NCBI GenBank assembly: GCA_951406725.2
Contig: OX597825.1
Span: forward strand, 20,894,001-20,958,000
Origin: Octopus vulgaris
Taxonomy: Eukaryota
Length of the DNA: 64,000 bases
Direction: 5' to 3'
The number at the start of each line of letters is the position of its first letter. Position 1 is the first letter of the stretch. This document shows, in pieces, positions 14,475 to 28,751 of the stretch. The translations under genes and the position numbers were made by a program. The notes beneath the pieces were generated by a model. The model was not told the origin of the DNA and did not search any database. It worked only from the letters and a program-made list of their open reading frames with translations.

Positions 14475-15360
14475 CATATTTATATATACATACATGTGTG
14501 TATAAATCAGCAAGTACATGTATGTACATATGCATATTTAGATTTCTTTATCTGTATTCGTGGATGGATATACATACATGTATGCCTGCATATATACATA
14601 CAAACATACATATATATGTAACTATATGCATGAGAATACATTCATAAAATATACAAATCTGCAGATACATATATACATACATACAAAAATGCCCTGTTGT
14701 TGATGCAGAAATTCCAATGAAGGAACTTTGGATCTAGGATAGAAACAGGTTCTTTCTCTATTGGCAAGAAATCTTGAAATAAAAATGATATACATACATA
14801 CATGTGTGTATATATATATATATACATGGATGGATGGATAGATAGATAGATAGATATAAATATATATTCATGTATGTATGTATGTATGTATGTATGTATG
14901 TATGTATGTATGTATGTATCTATGTATGTATGTATGTATGTATGTATGTATGTATGTATGAATGCATGTATGTATGTATGTATATGCACATACATATATA
15001 AATATGTGTTTGCATACATATATGCACATATATGTATGAATATGTATACATATATGTGCATGTATACATTTACATATACATATATATACGTGTGTGTAGT
15101 AAAGGATATTAAAAACAAAGACTATATATATATATATACATACATACATATACATATATATATATACATGTATATATATATATATATATATATCCTAACA
15201 CACTCACACACACACAAATATATATGTATGTATGGATGTATAAATGCATTCATGTATGCATCTTGTATATGCACGTGAGCATGTATATGCGTGCGTACAC
15301 ACGTATATATGTACGTATGTACGTACATACGTATGTACGTATGCATGCATGTACGTACTT
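13060..15360. repeat. Large compound (TA)/(CA)/(TATG) microsatellite field; similar fields at 1413-1966, 6325-6800, 27335-28425, 47640-48185, 56900-57270, 58825-59045
   Basis: Directly visible; source of most I/Y/H/T/C/V-rich ORFs. Confidence 0.95.
13715..13851. mobile_element. Tc1/mariner-type MITE
   Basis: ta|CAGGGTGATTCA...TGAATCACCCTG|ta. Confidence 0.8.
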
Positions 15361-15929
15361 AATTATTCACAGAGATGAGTTAAAAGTCATGTGTACTGGT
15401 CTAGCATACAAGTGTCTGGTGTCGCTTCAAGAGAACCGGTACAACAAAATGTCAGGCAGTCAGCAGCCAATGCCAGTACACAGAGAACCTACATACGCTA
15501 TCCTAACTTGCACTCCGACATACTCTACAAGAATAACTTAATTTATTTCAGAATTTTGTTAGAGCTTCTTTGTTGCTTTACGGTTGTTGCTTTTTTTCCT
15601 TTTTGTTTTTTGTTGGTTTTTTTTCTTTTTCTTTTTGTTGTTTTTTTTTATTTTATATATTCTGTTATTTCGTTGTTTTTCTTGTCTGTTTGTAACACCA
15701 TTTATTCGTTTAATTAGTTTAACCATTTCATATCTGGAATTAGTTAGCTTTTAAGCTTCAAGGAAAAGACATTTTTTTTTCCGAAACATGATAAAATTTA
15801 AATTTTTAAAGAATAAAAATAAAGAATGAAATGGAAATATAATGGAATAAGAAATGAAATGGGGGAGGAGGGGGGGAATAATGCTGTTTACTTTAGCATT
15901 TAATAACTTATGTCATAAATGGTTTGATG

Positions 15930-15968
<39 letters not shown>

Positions 15969-16206
15969 TAATGATAATGATAATAATAATAATCCTTTTT
16001 ACTATAGGTACAAGGCCAGAAATTTGGCAGGAGGGAGCCAGTCAAGTATATCAACCCGAGTATGCAACTGGTACTTAATTTATCAACCCTGAAAGGATGA
16101 AAGGTAAAGTTGATCTTGGCGGAATTTGAACTCAGAATGTAAAGACAAACGAAATACCACTAAGCATTTCATCCAGCATGCTAACAATTCTGCTAGCTCG
16201 CTGCCT

Positions 16207-16647
16207 TAATAATGATAATAATAATGATCATAATAATGATCATAATAATGATCATAATAATGATCATAGTATTGATCATAATAATGATCATAGTAATGAT
16301 CATAATAATGATCATAATAATGATCATAATAATGATCATAGTAATGATCGTAATAATGATCATAGTAATGATCATAATAACGATCATAATAATGATCATA
16401 ATAATGATCGTAATAATGATCATAATAATGATCATAGTAATAATCATAATAATGATCATAATAAGGATCATAGTAATAATCATAGTAATGATCATAATAA
16501 TGATCATAATAATGATCATAGTAATGATCATAATAATGATCATAGTAATGATCATAATAATAATCATAATAACGATCATAATAATGATCATAGTAATGAT
16601 CATAATAATGATCATAATAATGATCATAATAATGATGATGATGATAA
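16207..16647. repeat. 12-bp minisatellite (AATGATCATAAT)n
   Basis: Roughly 35 units directly visible. Confidence 0.95.
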
Positions 16648-17659
16648 TAGACTCCTGTCGAAAATGACTTATGAGTGTTCAGCTTTTTTGCCATATGACA
16701 CAAATGATTTCTTTATAATGATCAAATACATGTACCATACATTAGCTCAACTCTCTCCACGTTGGCTGAACAGGTGCACAGTGTACCACATGTCAGGTGC
16801 CGATATGATCGCAGAGCAGCACAAGATGAAGTGCTTTTGCTTAAGAACACAATGCACCACCTGCTGTCAGAATTGAAATCACAATTGCTAGATCATGAGT
16901 GCAACACCCAAAACCATTAAGCCATCCACCCTCACTATGATGACGATGATAATACTAACAATGATGATGATGATGATGATATTTATATATACATATATAA
17001 CAGGCTTCCACACAGTTTCCATCTATCAAATTCATTCACAAGGCATTGGTGGACCCAGGGCTATAGCAGAAGACACTTTCTCAAGGTACTGTGCAGTAGG
17101 ACTGAACCTAAAACTATGTGGTTGCAAAACAAGCTTCTACTTACCACACAGCCACTCCTGCACCTAATATGGATATGGATATGCTATTTTCCTTTCGGGT
17201 CCTTGTTGTATGGAGCATTAGGGTAGTAAGTACTTCTTAGGAGTTTACAACTGACCCTATGGATTGCTCTCTTTACAGTTGAGCATTTGGTTGATGTATT
17301 TATTTTGGCAAGTGTTGCTTCATTGTTGTATTTTTTTTGCGTTGTTGTTGAGTTATTTTTTGTATTGTTTCTAATTCATTATTGTGTTTCTGTTGTTAAC
17401 CCTTCTGATACCAACCCCACCCCTAATTCTATCATAAATAGAAGATTACTGTTTTAACCATTTAGCATTTAAACTGACCGTATCTGACCCAAATCTTCCA
17501 CCTGTTTTATGTTCAGATCAGCCAGATTCAGCCTTGCCCTCCACCCTTACAATGTCACACTAAAATTAAACACTCACACCATTTATATCTCAAAGCTAAG
17601 AGATAATGCACAATTAATTCAAAACAATGTCAATAAATAAGCATTATATTTGACAGAGT

Positions 17660-18150
17660 GGGGGCGCAATGGCCCAGTGGTCAGGGCAGTGGACTCGCGG
17701 TCAGAGGATCGCAGTTTCAATTCCCAAACCGGGCGTTATGTGTGTTTATTGAGCAAAAACACCTAAAAAGCTCCACGAGGCTCCGGCAGGGTGTGGTGGC
17801 GACCCCTGTAGTACTATTTCGCCACAACTTTAAGCATTATATTTAACAGAGTGGAGGCACAATGGCCCAGTGGTTAGGGCAGCGAACTCACGGTCAGAAG
17901 ATTGCAGTTTCGATTCTCAGACCAGGCGTTGTGTGTATTTATTGAGCGAAAACACCTAAAAGCTCCATGAGGCTCCGGCAGTGGCCGGTGGCGACCCCTG
18001 TTGTACTCTTTCACCACAACTTTCTCTCACTCTCTCTTCCTGTTTCTTGAGTGACGCTGCGATGGACTGGTGTCCCATCCAGCTGGGGAGAACACATACG
18101 CCACAAAAACTGGGAATCCGGGCCCATGAGCCTGGCTAGGCTTTAAAAAG
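17660..18150 (+). mobile_element. SINE-D (tRNA-Arg-like head, V-domain-like GATGGACTGGTGTCCCATCCAG): partial copy plus full copy in tandem
   Basis: A box TGGCCCAGTGG and B-box-like GTTTCGATTC; inserted in an older repeat (17454-18200) with TTATATTTGACAGAGT repeated. Confidence 0.75.
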
Positions 18151-18238
18151 GGGACATTTATCGTTATATTTGACAGAGTAATCTGAATGCTGTAAAAGGT
18201 TGAAGTGATCAACATTAAAACTTCCTTGCAAAATTGTA

Positions 18239-18635
18239 TACTCTATTACTTGTTTCAGTCATTTGACAGTGGCCATGCTGGAGCACTGCCTGTAGTCGAG
18301 CAAATCGACCCCGAGACTTATTCTTTGTAAGCCCAGTACTTATTCTATCGGTCTCTTTTGCCGAACCTCTAAGTGACAGGGACGTAAACACACCAGCATC
18401 GGTTGTCAAGCAATGCTAGGGGGACAAACACAGACACACACACACATACATATACATATATATACATATATACGACGGGCTTCTTTCAGTTTCCGTCTAC
18501 CAAATCCACTCACAAGGCATTGGTCGGCCCGGGGCTATAGCAGTAGACACTTGCCCAAGATGCCACGCAGTGGGACTGAACCTGGAAGCATGTGGTTGGT
18601 TAGCAAGCTACTTACCACACAGCTACTCCTGCGCC
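18239..18635 (-). mobile_element. SINE-A, full length
   Basis: Complete head and tail of the family. Confidence 0.85.
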
Positions 18636-18968
18636 TAACTTTTGTTGTAAACACCAGCTTAGTAATGTCAAAGATATTTAGCTAAATTCTTAATTATTTT
18701 CAAAATTAATTGAAGCAGAATTAGCATATGGCAGCAAAGGAGTTAAGAGGGGGAGGGTTTGATTGTATCAGACTATTTAGAATATTCTTGTTGTCCCTAT
18801 TCTTTCCCCCTCTTTTTTCTAGCTGTTGCTTAAGATAGAGAGATTGTGATTATATCAGATTGTTTCGAATATTTAGGGTGACATTTCTGTATAATATAAC
18901 ACTCCCTCTTTGGCAAATGCTGTTTTTCATTTAACCTGGAGACTTGTTTCATCTCTCGTTTATTATCA

Positions 18969-19346
18969 GGCATGGCTGTGTGGTAAGAAGCTTGCTTCCC
19001 AACCGCATAGTTCCAGGTTCAGTCCCATTGCATGGCACCATGGGCAAGTGTCTTCTACTATAACCTGGAGCTGATCAAAGCCTCATGAATGGATTTGGAA
19101 ACTGAAAGAAGCCTTTCATATGTGTGTGTTTGTGTGTTTGTCTCTGTTTGTGTGTGTGTTTGTGTGTGTTTGTCTGTGTGTGTGTTAGTTTGTTTACATC
19201 CCCATAACTTAGCAGTTCAGCAAAAAATGACTGATAGAATACCAGTTTTAAAAAAAGTAAGTATTAGGGTCAACTTGTTCGACTAAATCTTTCAAAGCAG
19301 TGCCCCAGCATGGCCACAGTCCAATAACAGAAACAAAAATAAAAGA
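18969..19346 (+). mobile_element. SINE-A, older subfamily
   Basis: Diverged but colinear with the other copies. Confidence 0.75.
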
Positions 19347-19658
19347 TGTAATAATTTCCATTATTTTATCTCTCGATGGCCCCACAGAGGCAACGATAAG
19401 TGACCGGGACTTTTGGTGATTTGCTGTGCTTAAGAAGACCCATGAAGTCAGGTGAAATCATAGTTGTGGCCAATGCCAGTGTTACATAACTTGCACCTGT
19501 GCCAGTGGCACGTAAAAGGCATCTGTTACACTCTTGGAGTAGTTGGCATTAAGAAGGACATCCAGCTATAGAAACCACACCAAATCAGACTGGATCTTGG
19601 AGTAGCTCTCCAGCTTACGAGTTTCAGTCAAACCATCTAACCCATACCAGCATGGAAA

Positions 19659-19733
<75 letters not shown>

Positions 19734-20427
19734 GATGATGAATGGAGCCTCTATAAGGTTACTTCACTTGCAAGAAATCACAACCAAATCTCTTTACAAA
19801 TACATCCTCCCATCTTCAACTCTTAAACAACAACACACAAAAAAAATAATCCAACAACAATACAAAATTAAACAAAACCAACAACACAACAAAAATAATC
19901 CTTAATTACACTGAAAAATATTGTTGATGAGAAAAATAAGTTGGTCACAGCACAGTGCCAAAAAATAAAATGTTCCACAGCAACCAAACAAACTGAAGAC
20001 AAAACAGTCTGTGTGAGTTGGTAGTTCCCAATGGGGGCCCATATGATCTCTAGAAGCCCATGTAAGATTTTAAGGGTCCACACAAGCGAAATAGTAAATT
20101 AGGGATCCACAGTATTTTATGGGTCCATTAAAACAATTTGGTTTAGATGTACTTGTTGCAAGAAACAGCTAAGCTTCCTTCTCTGATGTTCTACATAGTT
20201 CAGCCAACACAAGGATTTGGTTGATCTAGGGTTCCGTAGAAGATATTTGCCCAGGGTGCCAAGCAGTGGGGTGGGGCTGAACTCAGAACCACATGGTTGG
20301 GAAACAAGCTTCATAATAATTCATGGCCTAATAGTTTTTCCACTTAGCCACCTTCACCTTTCACATTATTTATATATATACACACACATATGTATATATA
20401 TATATTTATATATATATATATATATAT

Positions 20428-20685
20428 TCTGGCCGAAATCAGATCGCCATGTGGATTCGCTAGCCTCTGCACGCATAATTTTTTTCTCTCCTTCTTTCTG
20501 TGTTTTTTTCTCTGTGTATCTTTCTGTTGAAGAGCGTAGGCTGGAAACGTTAAAGACTTGTTTTATTTATATTTCCTGAGTGCCATACTAATACAATTGT
20601 TTGTTTGTATTCCACCTGCCTTCGTCTTTTGTTTATTTTCGTAAACCTGCCTTCGTCTTTTGTCTATTTTCATAAAGCTTCCTGT

Positions 20686-20686
<1 letters not shown>
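20428..20686 (+). mobile_element. Penelope-like short element with hammerhead-like motif at 20519-20556
   Basis: TCTTT-CTGTTGA-a-GAGC(gtag)GCTg-GAAACGTT-AAAGA, flanked by (TA)n. Same family as 33858-34046. Confidence 0.6.
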
Positions 20687-20771
<85 letters not shown>

Positions 20772-22014
20772 AGTTAGTCTACTTATCAACCTGTATTTCT
20801 GACCAACACACCAACTATTCAACCAGCTTGACCACTGTATCCTCTCAACACCCCCCCAACCTTACCCTGACAACATCAGACTGTCTGCTTAAAGATTGTT
20901 CAAATCAATTCAGCCCACATCTTCCTATTGCACAACAAACCTTGCACCCAAAAACCTTATAGTACTTCAGGTTAGCTAATTGGTTGGACTGCACCTATTC
21001 TAAACCGGCTGACTGATATGACACACACCTTAACCAAAGCTCACACGATGGAGCCTACTACACGTTATTGCTTGATCTGCTAAAATTAACTGTCAAATCT
21101 CGCTGAAATTACACTTTGCTATTTATAAAGATAAAAGGATGCATTTAGATAATGTAGTTTAGGATAACGATTGAGAACCACAGATCTAGATGTAAACAAT
21201 AACATACAAAGGACCAGGTGATTTACATATCTTCCATTTTAAAGGGTTACAGAATTAACACAGGTTATAGGAACATAAATCTTCTTCCACGGAAAGATAG
21301 CTTAAACTGTGCTCTAAATGAAGGTGTAGTCAAATCCTATTTTATTCACTCAACCATGTTCTAAAATAAGTCAAAAGGTAAGCTACTATAGATCAGCATG
21401 AACTTTCCGGACAACCCAATATTAATTTGTCATCAAAGGCAGCATCAAGATCAGCAATGCCAAACAGGCAGTACCAAAATGGCTCTGCCAAAAACTCATG
21501 TCCATATCAGAAAATCAAGAAATGGCTTTGTACATCAAACAGCGCCAAACTCTCTCTTCAAGCAAGCTGAAAGCAGACTTTCTGTCTTCTTGTCAAAACA
21601 GTCTAAACTAGTCTTGTAGAGTTATTCTTACTAACCAATCCTCAAAAAAGAAAACAGTTTCTTTCTTCATTTCTTTATTTCTTTCCTTCTTTCTTTCTTT
21701 GCCATCAAGATCAACAGACGACCCTTGGTGACCTCCTTGACAAGTGTTAAGTGTTTGACATGAAATATTCATGAGACAATACAAAGGATTTCCTTTCTTT
21801 ATTCTTTTATTTTCTTTTGCCTGTTTTGGTCATTGGACTGTGGCCATGCTGGGGCACTGCCTTGAAGGGTTTCATGTTAGACAGATCATTTGTGTAAAAT
21901 ATTAATTTGTGTAAAATGTAAAGAAAATTATTCACAGCAACTACAGTTGATGTGAATAATTTGTCCAATTTTATCTCTAAATTTATCATTCTCACATATG
22001 AACTCATTTAAGAA

Positions 22015-22053
<39 letters not shown>

Positions 22054-22149
22054 CTAATTTCACCCTCCCAATGGAGCCCCTATGTGGTCACTTGACTTGC
22101 AAGCTATTTTATCCAACACTCTAATGCTTCTCCCTGCTTGTCATACAGA

Positions 22150-22375
22150 TTTCTTTATTGCCCACAAGGGGCTAAGCATAGAGGGGACAAACAAGGACAG
22201 ACAAACAGATTAAGTCGATTATATGGACCCCAGTGCGTAACTGGTACTTAATTTATCGACCCCAAAAGGATGAAAGGCAAAGTCGACCTTGGCGGAATTT
22301 GAACTCAGAACGTAACGGCAGACGAAATTTTCGCTAAGCATTTCACCCGGTGTGCTAACGATTCTGCCAGTTCGC
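22150..22375 (-). mobile_element. SINE-B with ~19-bp TSD
   Basis: Flanks CCCTGCTTGTCATACAGAT and CCCTGCTTGTCACACAGAT. Confidence 0.85.
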
Positions 22376-23471
22376 CCTGCTTGTCACACAGATATACAAA
22401 GTTACCCAATCTGCTTTTGCTGTCCATTTTGCTTTCAAATGAGCTCAGACATCAAAACCCTTCCTGAAACAATCCTTTCACACGCTTTTTTGTCTCATAA
22501 TTTCATGCAGTACAAAGTTTACGAAACATGTAAACTTCTCTGGTTACTCCAACACAACAAAGCTACCATACATGGCCCACAGTGCGTCACAAGATTTCAT
22601 TACATTTCCTACATACTCTATTGTTATAAACTAACGAGTATTTCTCTCTCATATTTCTAACAAAACACGCACACTTCTATAATGATGATAACACGATAAT
22701 ATGATGCATCTTCAACGAGACGCAATCACTTCTAGTAAATTAAGAAATTTTTGCATTTGGCATTCAATACCTCACCCCATGACTTCTTCACGTCACTGGT
22801 CCATTTGAGTTATTTCCCTTAGCTTGTTTTAATTTCTTGGCTTGTTTTAATTATGGTTACCAGTAATTACTCCTGATTCTATTTCATCATCAACATCATC
22901 ATCATCATTATCGTTTAGTGTCTACTTTCCATGCTGGCATGGGTTAGATGGTTTGACTGAAAACTGGTCAGCTGGAGAGCTGGACAAGGTTCCAATCTGA
23001 TTGGGCATGGTTTCTACAGCCAGATGCCCTTCCTAATACCAACCTCTCCTACAGTGTAATGGGTGCTTTTTACATGCCACCAGCACAGGTGTCAATTACA
23101 TGACGCTGGCATCGGCCACAACTATGATTTCACCTGGCTTAACGAGTCCTTCCAAGCATGGTACCAAAGGTCTCACTCACTGAACACCTCCGTGAGGCCC
23201 AATATTTGAAGGGTGCTTTTTATGTGTCACCAGCACAGGTACCACTTACATGACACCAGCATTGGCCACGACTAGTTTGACTTGGTTTGATGGGTGCTAT
23301 AGTTTCATTTGGTTATATTTTTATATTTTAAACCAGATTTCTCTTACAATCTCCGATAACCATTTGCTGCAACCATACATATTTAAAGAGAGATGATAAA
23401 ACCCACTCCCACCACCACCACCTCTATTATCATGACTTGCTTATTATTATGACTATAACATAACACAACAC

Positions 23472-24054
23472 AAGGTGGCAAGCTGGCAGAGACGTTAGCA
23501 TGCCGGGCGAAGTGCTTAACGGTATTTCGCCCATCGCTACGTTCTGAGTTCAAATTCCGCCAAAGTCGACTTTGCTTTTCATCCTTTCGGGGTCGATAAA
23601 TTAAGTACCAGTTACGCACTGTGGTCGATATAATCGACTTAATCCGTTTGTCTGTCCTTGTTTGTCCCCACTGTGTTTATCCCCTTGTGGGTAATAAAGA
23701 AATAGATATTTCGTCTGCCGCTACGTTCTGAGTTCAAATTCCGCCAAGGTCAACTTTGCCTTTCATTCTTTCAGGGTCGATAAATTAAGTACCAGTTACG
23801 CACTGGGGTCGATGTAATCGACTTAATCTGTTTGTTTGTCCCCACTGTGTTTAGCGGGTAGTAAAGAAATAGGTATTTTGTCTGCCGCTACGTTCTGAGT
23901 TCAAATTCCACTGAGGTCGACTTTGCCTTTCATCCTTTCGGGGTCGATAAATTAAGTACCAATTACGTACTGGGGTCGATGTAATCGACTTAATCTGTTT
24001 GTCTGTCCTTATTTGTCCCCTCTGTGTTTATCCCCTTGTGGGTACTAAAGAAAT
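23472..24054 (+). mobile_element. SINE-B trimer (one head, three bodies)
   Basis: Junctions at ~23705 and ~23872; TAACATAACACAACA on both flanks. Confidence 0.85.
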
Positions 24055-25771
24055 ACATAACATAACACAACAAAATGGCAGAATTGTTAGCAGGTCAGAC
24101 AAAATGCTTGGTGACATTTTGTCTGTCTTCAAAATTCTGAATTCAAATTCCGCCACATACTTTACTTTTCATCCTCTCAGCAGATCAGTGAAATAAGTAC
24201 CAGTCGAGCACTTCCCCTAAGAAACTGCTGGCCTTATGCTGAAATTTCAAACAATTATTACGGCCATAGCAACCAAATCCACTTCTGTACTCTGACCACC
24301 AAAAATAAATTTGAAAACTGTAAGATTCTAATATCAAAAGATATTGCAGTCAATTAATGAGAGTTAAGGTTAACAATGTGGTCAGCAAGATATCACAAGA
24401 AAAAGCAATCTAGCCACTTGACCACACAAAAAAGAAAAAGAGGAAAATAGCCGCCAATGCTTGACCAGTACATTTTGCTAGTTAAGAGTCCAAACACTTC
24501 TGCTGCACTTCAAACTTGAAATTTTGTTGGTCAGTATACAACAGCAAGAGGTTGAGGTGAGTTAGTGGTCAGATTTTTTTTTGGGGTGGGGTTAAGCATT
24601 AGCTGGCAACAAAAAAAAAAAAAATCAGGACAGTGACAGATAAAAAAAGAAAAAAAGAAAAAATAATTAATTAAAAATTAAGCATTAGCGGTGACCAACC
24701 CACCTGGAAAGTGTGTTAGTAAGTACAAAGACAATGCATGTGTGTGTGTGTATGTGTGAGACATTGTTGAAAGTTATGATGTAGCAAACTGACAACCACC
24801 ATGACCACCACCAACAACATCAGCAGCCACCACCACCAACAACACCACTACCACTACCATCATCACTACCACCACTACAACCACCATCACCACCACCACT
24901 ACTATAAACATCATCACTACTAGCACCACTACCACCAGCACCATCACTGCCACAACCACCATCACCAACACCCCCACTGCTACTTCTACCGATACTATCA
25001 CTACTGCCGTTGCTGCTGCTGCTGTAGCTACTACCACCACCACCACTACTACCCCCACCAACACCATTATACTACTACTACTACCACCATTACTACTAGC
25101 ACCATCACTACTACTACAACCACTACTACTACTACTACTACCACCACCACCACAACCACCACCATGTCTACTACTACTACCTTCACAACCACTACTACTA
25201 CTATCACCACCACCACCATTTCTACTACTGCTACCACCACCACTACTACTACTACCACAACCACAACCACCACCACCACCATGTCTACTACTACCATCAC
25301 AACCACTACTACTACAGCTACTACCAACACCACTAGTATTACCGGTGACAATAAATATGACACTATTACACTTAATTCACCCATATAATGTGGGAATGCT
25401 TCCAAATTTAGATTATATCCTGTCTTATACATATATGTACCATACACGTATATGAAGGGCTTTCCGAGCCAGATTGACTTTGCTGTTGTTCCGTTGCTTA
25501 TTTGCTTTGAGGTAGAGGGTAATGTGGTGTGATTTATTCTTGGGAATTTTTTTTTTTTTTTTCCAGTATCTTTTATTGTTTAGGAAGAAGAATTAAGTGA
25601 CTGCTCCAGTTAACAGAATGTATGCTACCTTTTGTTTTTAAAAACTAAAAACCATTACAGACACACAAACGTATATACATATATATATATATATACATAT
25701 ATGTTGAATAAAATGAGACAATAAAACCAAGGCAGTGTGAAATTTCTAGGACATTTATAAAGAGAGACATA

Positions 25772-25819
25772 GCCTTACAGCTGTTTCAGGTATATGAAAG
25801 ATATCCTATCATCAGAGAC
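25772..25819 (-). ncRNA. Minimal type I hammerhead ribozyme motif (canonical core)
   Basis: Reverse complement: GTCT-CTGATGA-taggatatctttcatatacct-GAAACAGCTG-TA-AGGC. Stem I GTCT/AGGC, palindromic stem III ACAGCTGT, GUA triplet; stem II imperfect. Confidence 0.7.
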
Positions 25820-25935
25820 AGTATGAGAGAGTTAAACAGAAGGAAATAGTAGAGTTCAGTATAAGAAGTTATTTTGGAAAAGGAGAGACTTCTTGTACTG
25901 AACTCTACTATTTCTTTCTGTTTAACTTTCTCATA

Positions 25936-25983
25936 TCATCTGATGATGGGATATCCTTTATATCCCTGAAACAGCTGTAAGGC
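25936..25983 (+). ncRNA. Minimal type I hammerhead ribozyme motif (canonical core, stem I damaged)
   Basis: CTGATGA-t-GGGATAT(ccttt)ATATCCC-t-GAAACAGCTG-TA. Confidence 0.7.
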
Positions 25984-26796
25984 TACATCTTTCTTTATAA
26001 ACGTCCTAGAAATTTCCCACTGCCTTGGCTTTGTTGTCTCATTTTATTCAACATATACACACTCACACATGACCTGCATTAGACTCTTCACTCATACTAT
26101 TATCAAACTGTGAGTCTAACTGTGGGCCTCACTTGCTTTTTGGGTTCCCTGGATACCAAAGCCTCTCATATATATATACATATGTATATACATATATTTA
26201 CACTGACAGATAGATATACACACAGAGGGTCCTTGTTACTTTTAGATGTTCTAGGAATGTAATCAGCTTCTCATAGGTATGTGGTTTGACTAATTCAATT
26301 TCTCAATATAAAATCAAAAGTAGGTATGTGTGATTGTGTGTGCATGTGTGTGTGATCATCATCATATAATGTCCGCCTTCTATGCTAGCATGGGTGGGAT
26401 GGTTTCAGGAGAGCCGGCCAGGCAGAAAGCTGCACCAGGCTTCTGTGACTGTTTTGGCAGGATTTTTACAGCTGGATGCCCTCCTTAGCACCAAACACTC
26501 AGCAGAGTGGACTTAGTGCTTTTTATGAGGCACAAGCACAGGTGAGGTCAGTTTTGGCAAGGTTTTTACAGCTGGATGCCCTTCTGAACACCAACCACTT
26601 TACAGTGTGGACTGGGTGCTTTTCAGTGGCACCTGTACTGACAGGGTCACCAAGTACTTGCAAAACAAAAAAAAAGAAAGCTTTCAAAACTGGAGGGGGG
26701 CACTGGAGGGGGCGATCTTGTGTCGGATGATGAAAGATTATAGTGAGACAGAGACAGAAACAGGTGTCTCGTAGAGAAAGTACAAGGCTACCCAGC

Positions 26797-26832
<36 letters not shown>

Positions 26833-27336
26833 AGGAATGAAGACAGAAAGAGATGCACTACTGCAAAGGAAATACATGGTTACCCAACCTGAGGAAAATG
26901 CAGGTGCAGGAGAGAGAGAGAGAGAGAGGGAGACAGCAGGATAGAGATGGTGGCAAAAATGCCAGACATATTCATAAGGGACAGGGGGTCAAAATATAAA
27001 TGGGAAGTTTGAGTAAAGGAAGCGAGAGATGGTGGCAAGTGCCAAGGTATACTCTTGAGGTTCAAACACCATAATATAAGTGGCAGGATATTGCAAAGGA
27101 AGTGTGATTAAAGAGTTTGGAGTGGGGGAGTGATTGGCAAAAACCTGGTTATATATAGAGTCAGGTGGCTATCAAATAGCAATGATACAAAGGAACAAGG
27201 CCTGTGAGGACAGGATGGCGAAGTGAGAACAAGGCATAGCGTATGAAGGAGGAAATGTGAGGAAGAGAATAGACGTGGAAATGTAGACTGGTTTGTTGGG
27301 GTAGGGTGAGTAAAAAGTTTTCTTCTTACGTGTGAA

Positions 27337-27375
<39 letters not shown>

Positions 27376-27441
27376 TATGTGTGTGTATGTATATATATAT
27401 ATATATATATGTGTGTCTGTATATATATATATATATGTGTG

Positions 27442-27481
<40 letters not shown>

Positions 27482-27523
27482 TATGTATATATATATATGT
27501 GTGTGTGTATATAAATAAATAAG

Positions 27524-28012
<489 letters not shown>

Positions 28013-28228
28013 TATGTATATGTATATGCATATATATATATATATATATATATACACAAAATGAGATAGGGGTTGCGAGTGTAACCCACTATGGGATAAC
28101 ATTTATCCAAAATACTGCCAGTAAAGTACCCAGAAAGGCTAATACATAAATGCTAAGAATTGCAATGCAATTAATTCATTTATTGTATTATATGGGCGAA
28201 GGTAAAATGTTCCTCCATTTTCTTATTT

Positions 28229-28272
<44 letters not shown>

Positions 28273-28751
28273 GAATACATGTATGTGTGTATGTATGTAT
28301 GTATGTATGTATGTGTATGTATGTATGTATGTATGTATGTATGTATGTATGTATGTATGTGTGTGTGTGTATGTATGTATGTATGTATGTAATGTATGTA
28401 TGTATGTATGTGTATGTATGTATGCATGAGATCCTTGTGCAGAAGAAGACATCAAGACTGGTTTGACAAGGGCAATGTTCAAACCAAATAGCTGCCTGAA
28501 TTATACACGGAGAGTGGCTTTCACATTTTCCCAAGTCACATGAACAATGAGCACATAACAAAAAAGCCTACCAGCAAGCAACAGTTACAGTCTGAAGAAG
28601 AAACAGCAACAAAATCAAAACACTCGAAATGCAGAAACTGTCTGACACGCATGGCATAAGACATTTACTTCTGCAGTATGACTAAAGCAATTTATAGTTT
28701 GTTGGTTGGCTTTTTTTTTTTTCCATTGTGGTCGATGGTATTAAAGTGACA

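Larger units (their letters stand above)
25701..26168. mobile_element. Penelope-like pLTR fragment with inverted duplication (arms ~25701-25869 and ~25888-26054), in (TA)n
   Basis: Diverged ~168-bp inverted arms with an 18-nt spacer and a unique tail on the right; hammerhead motif in both arms. Confidence 0.75.

Noticed and set aside
16178-16876. 232-aa (HNND)n ORF
   Set aside because: Translation of a 12-bp minisatellite; the ORF starts and ends in SINE sequence.
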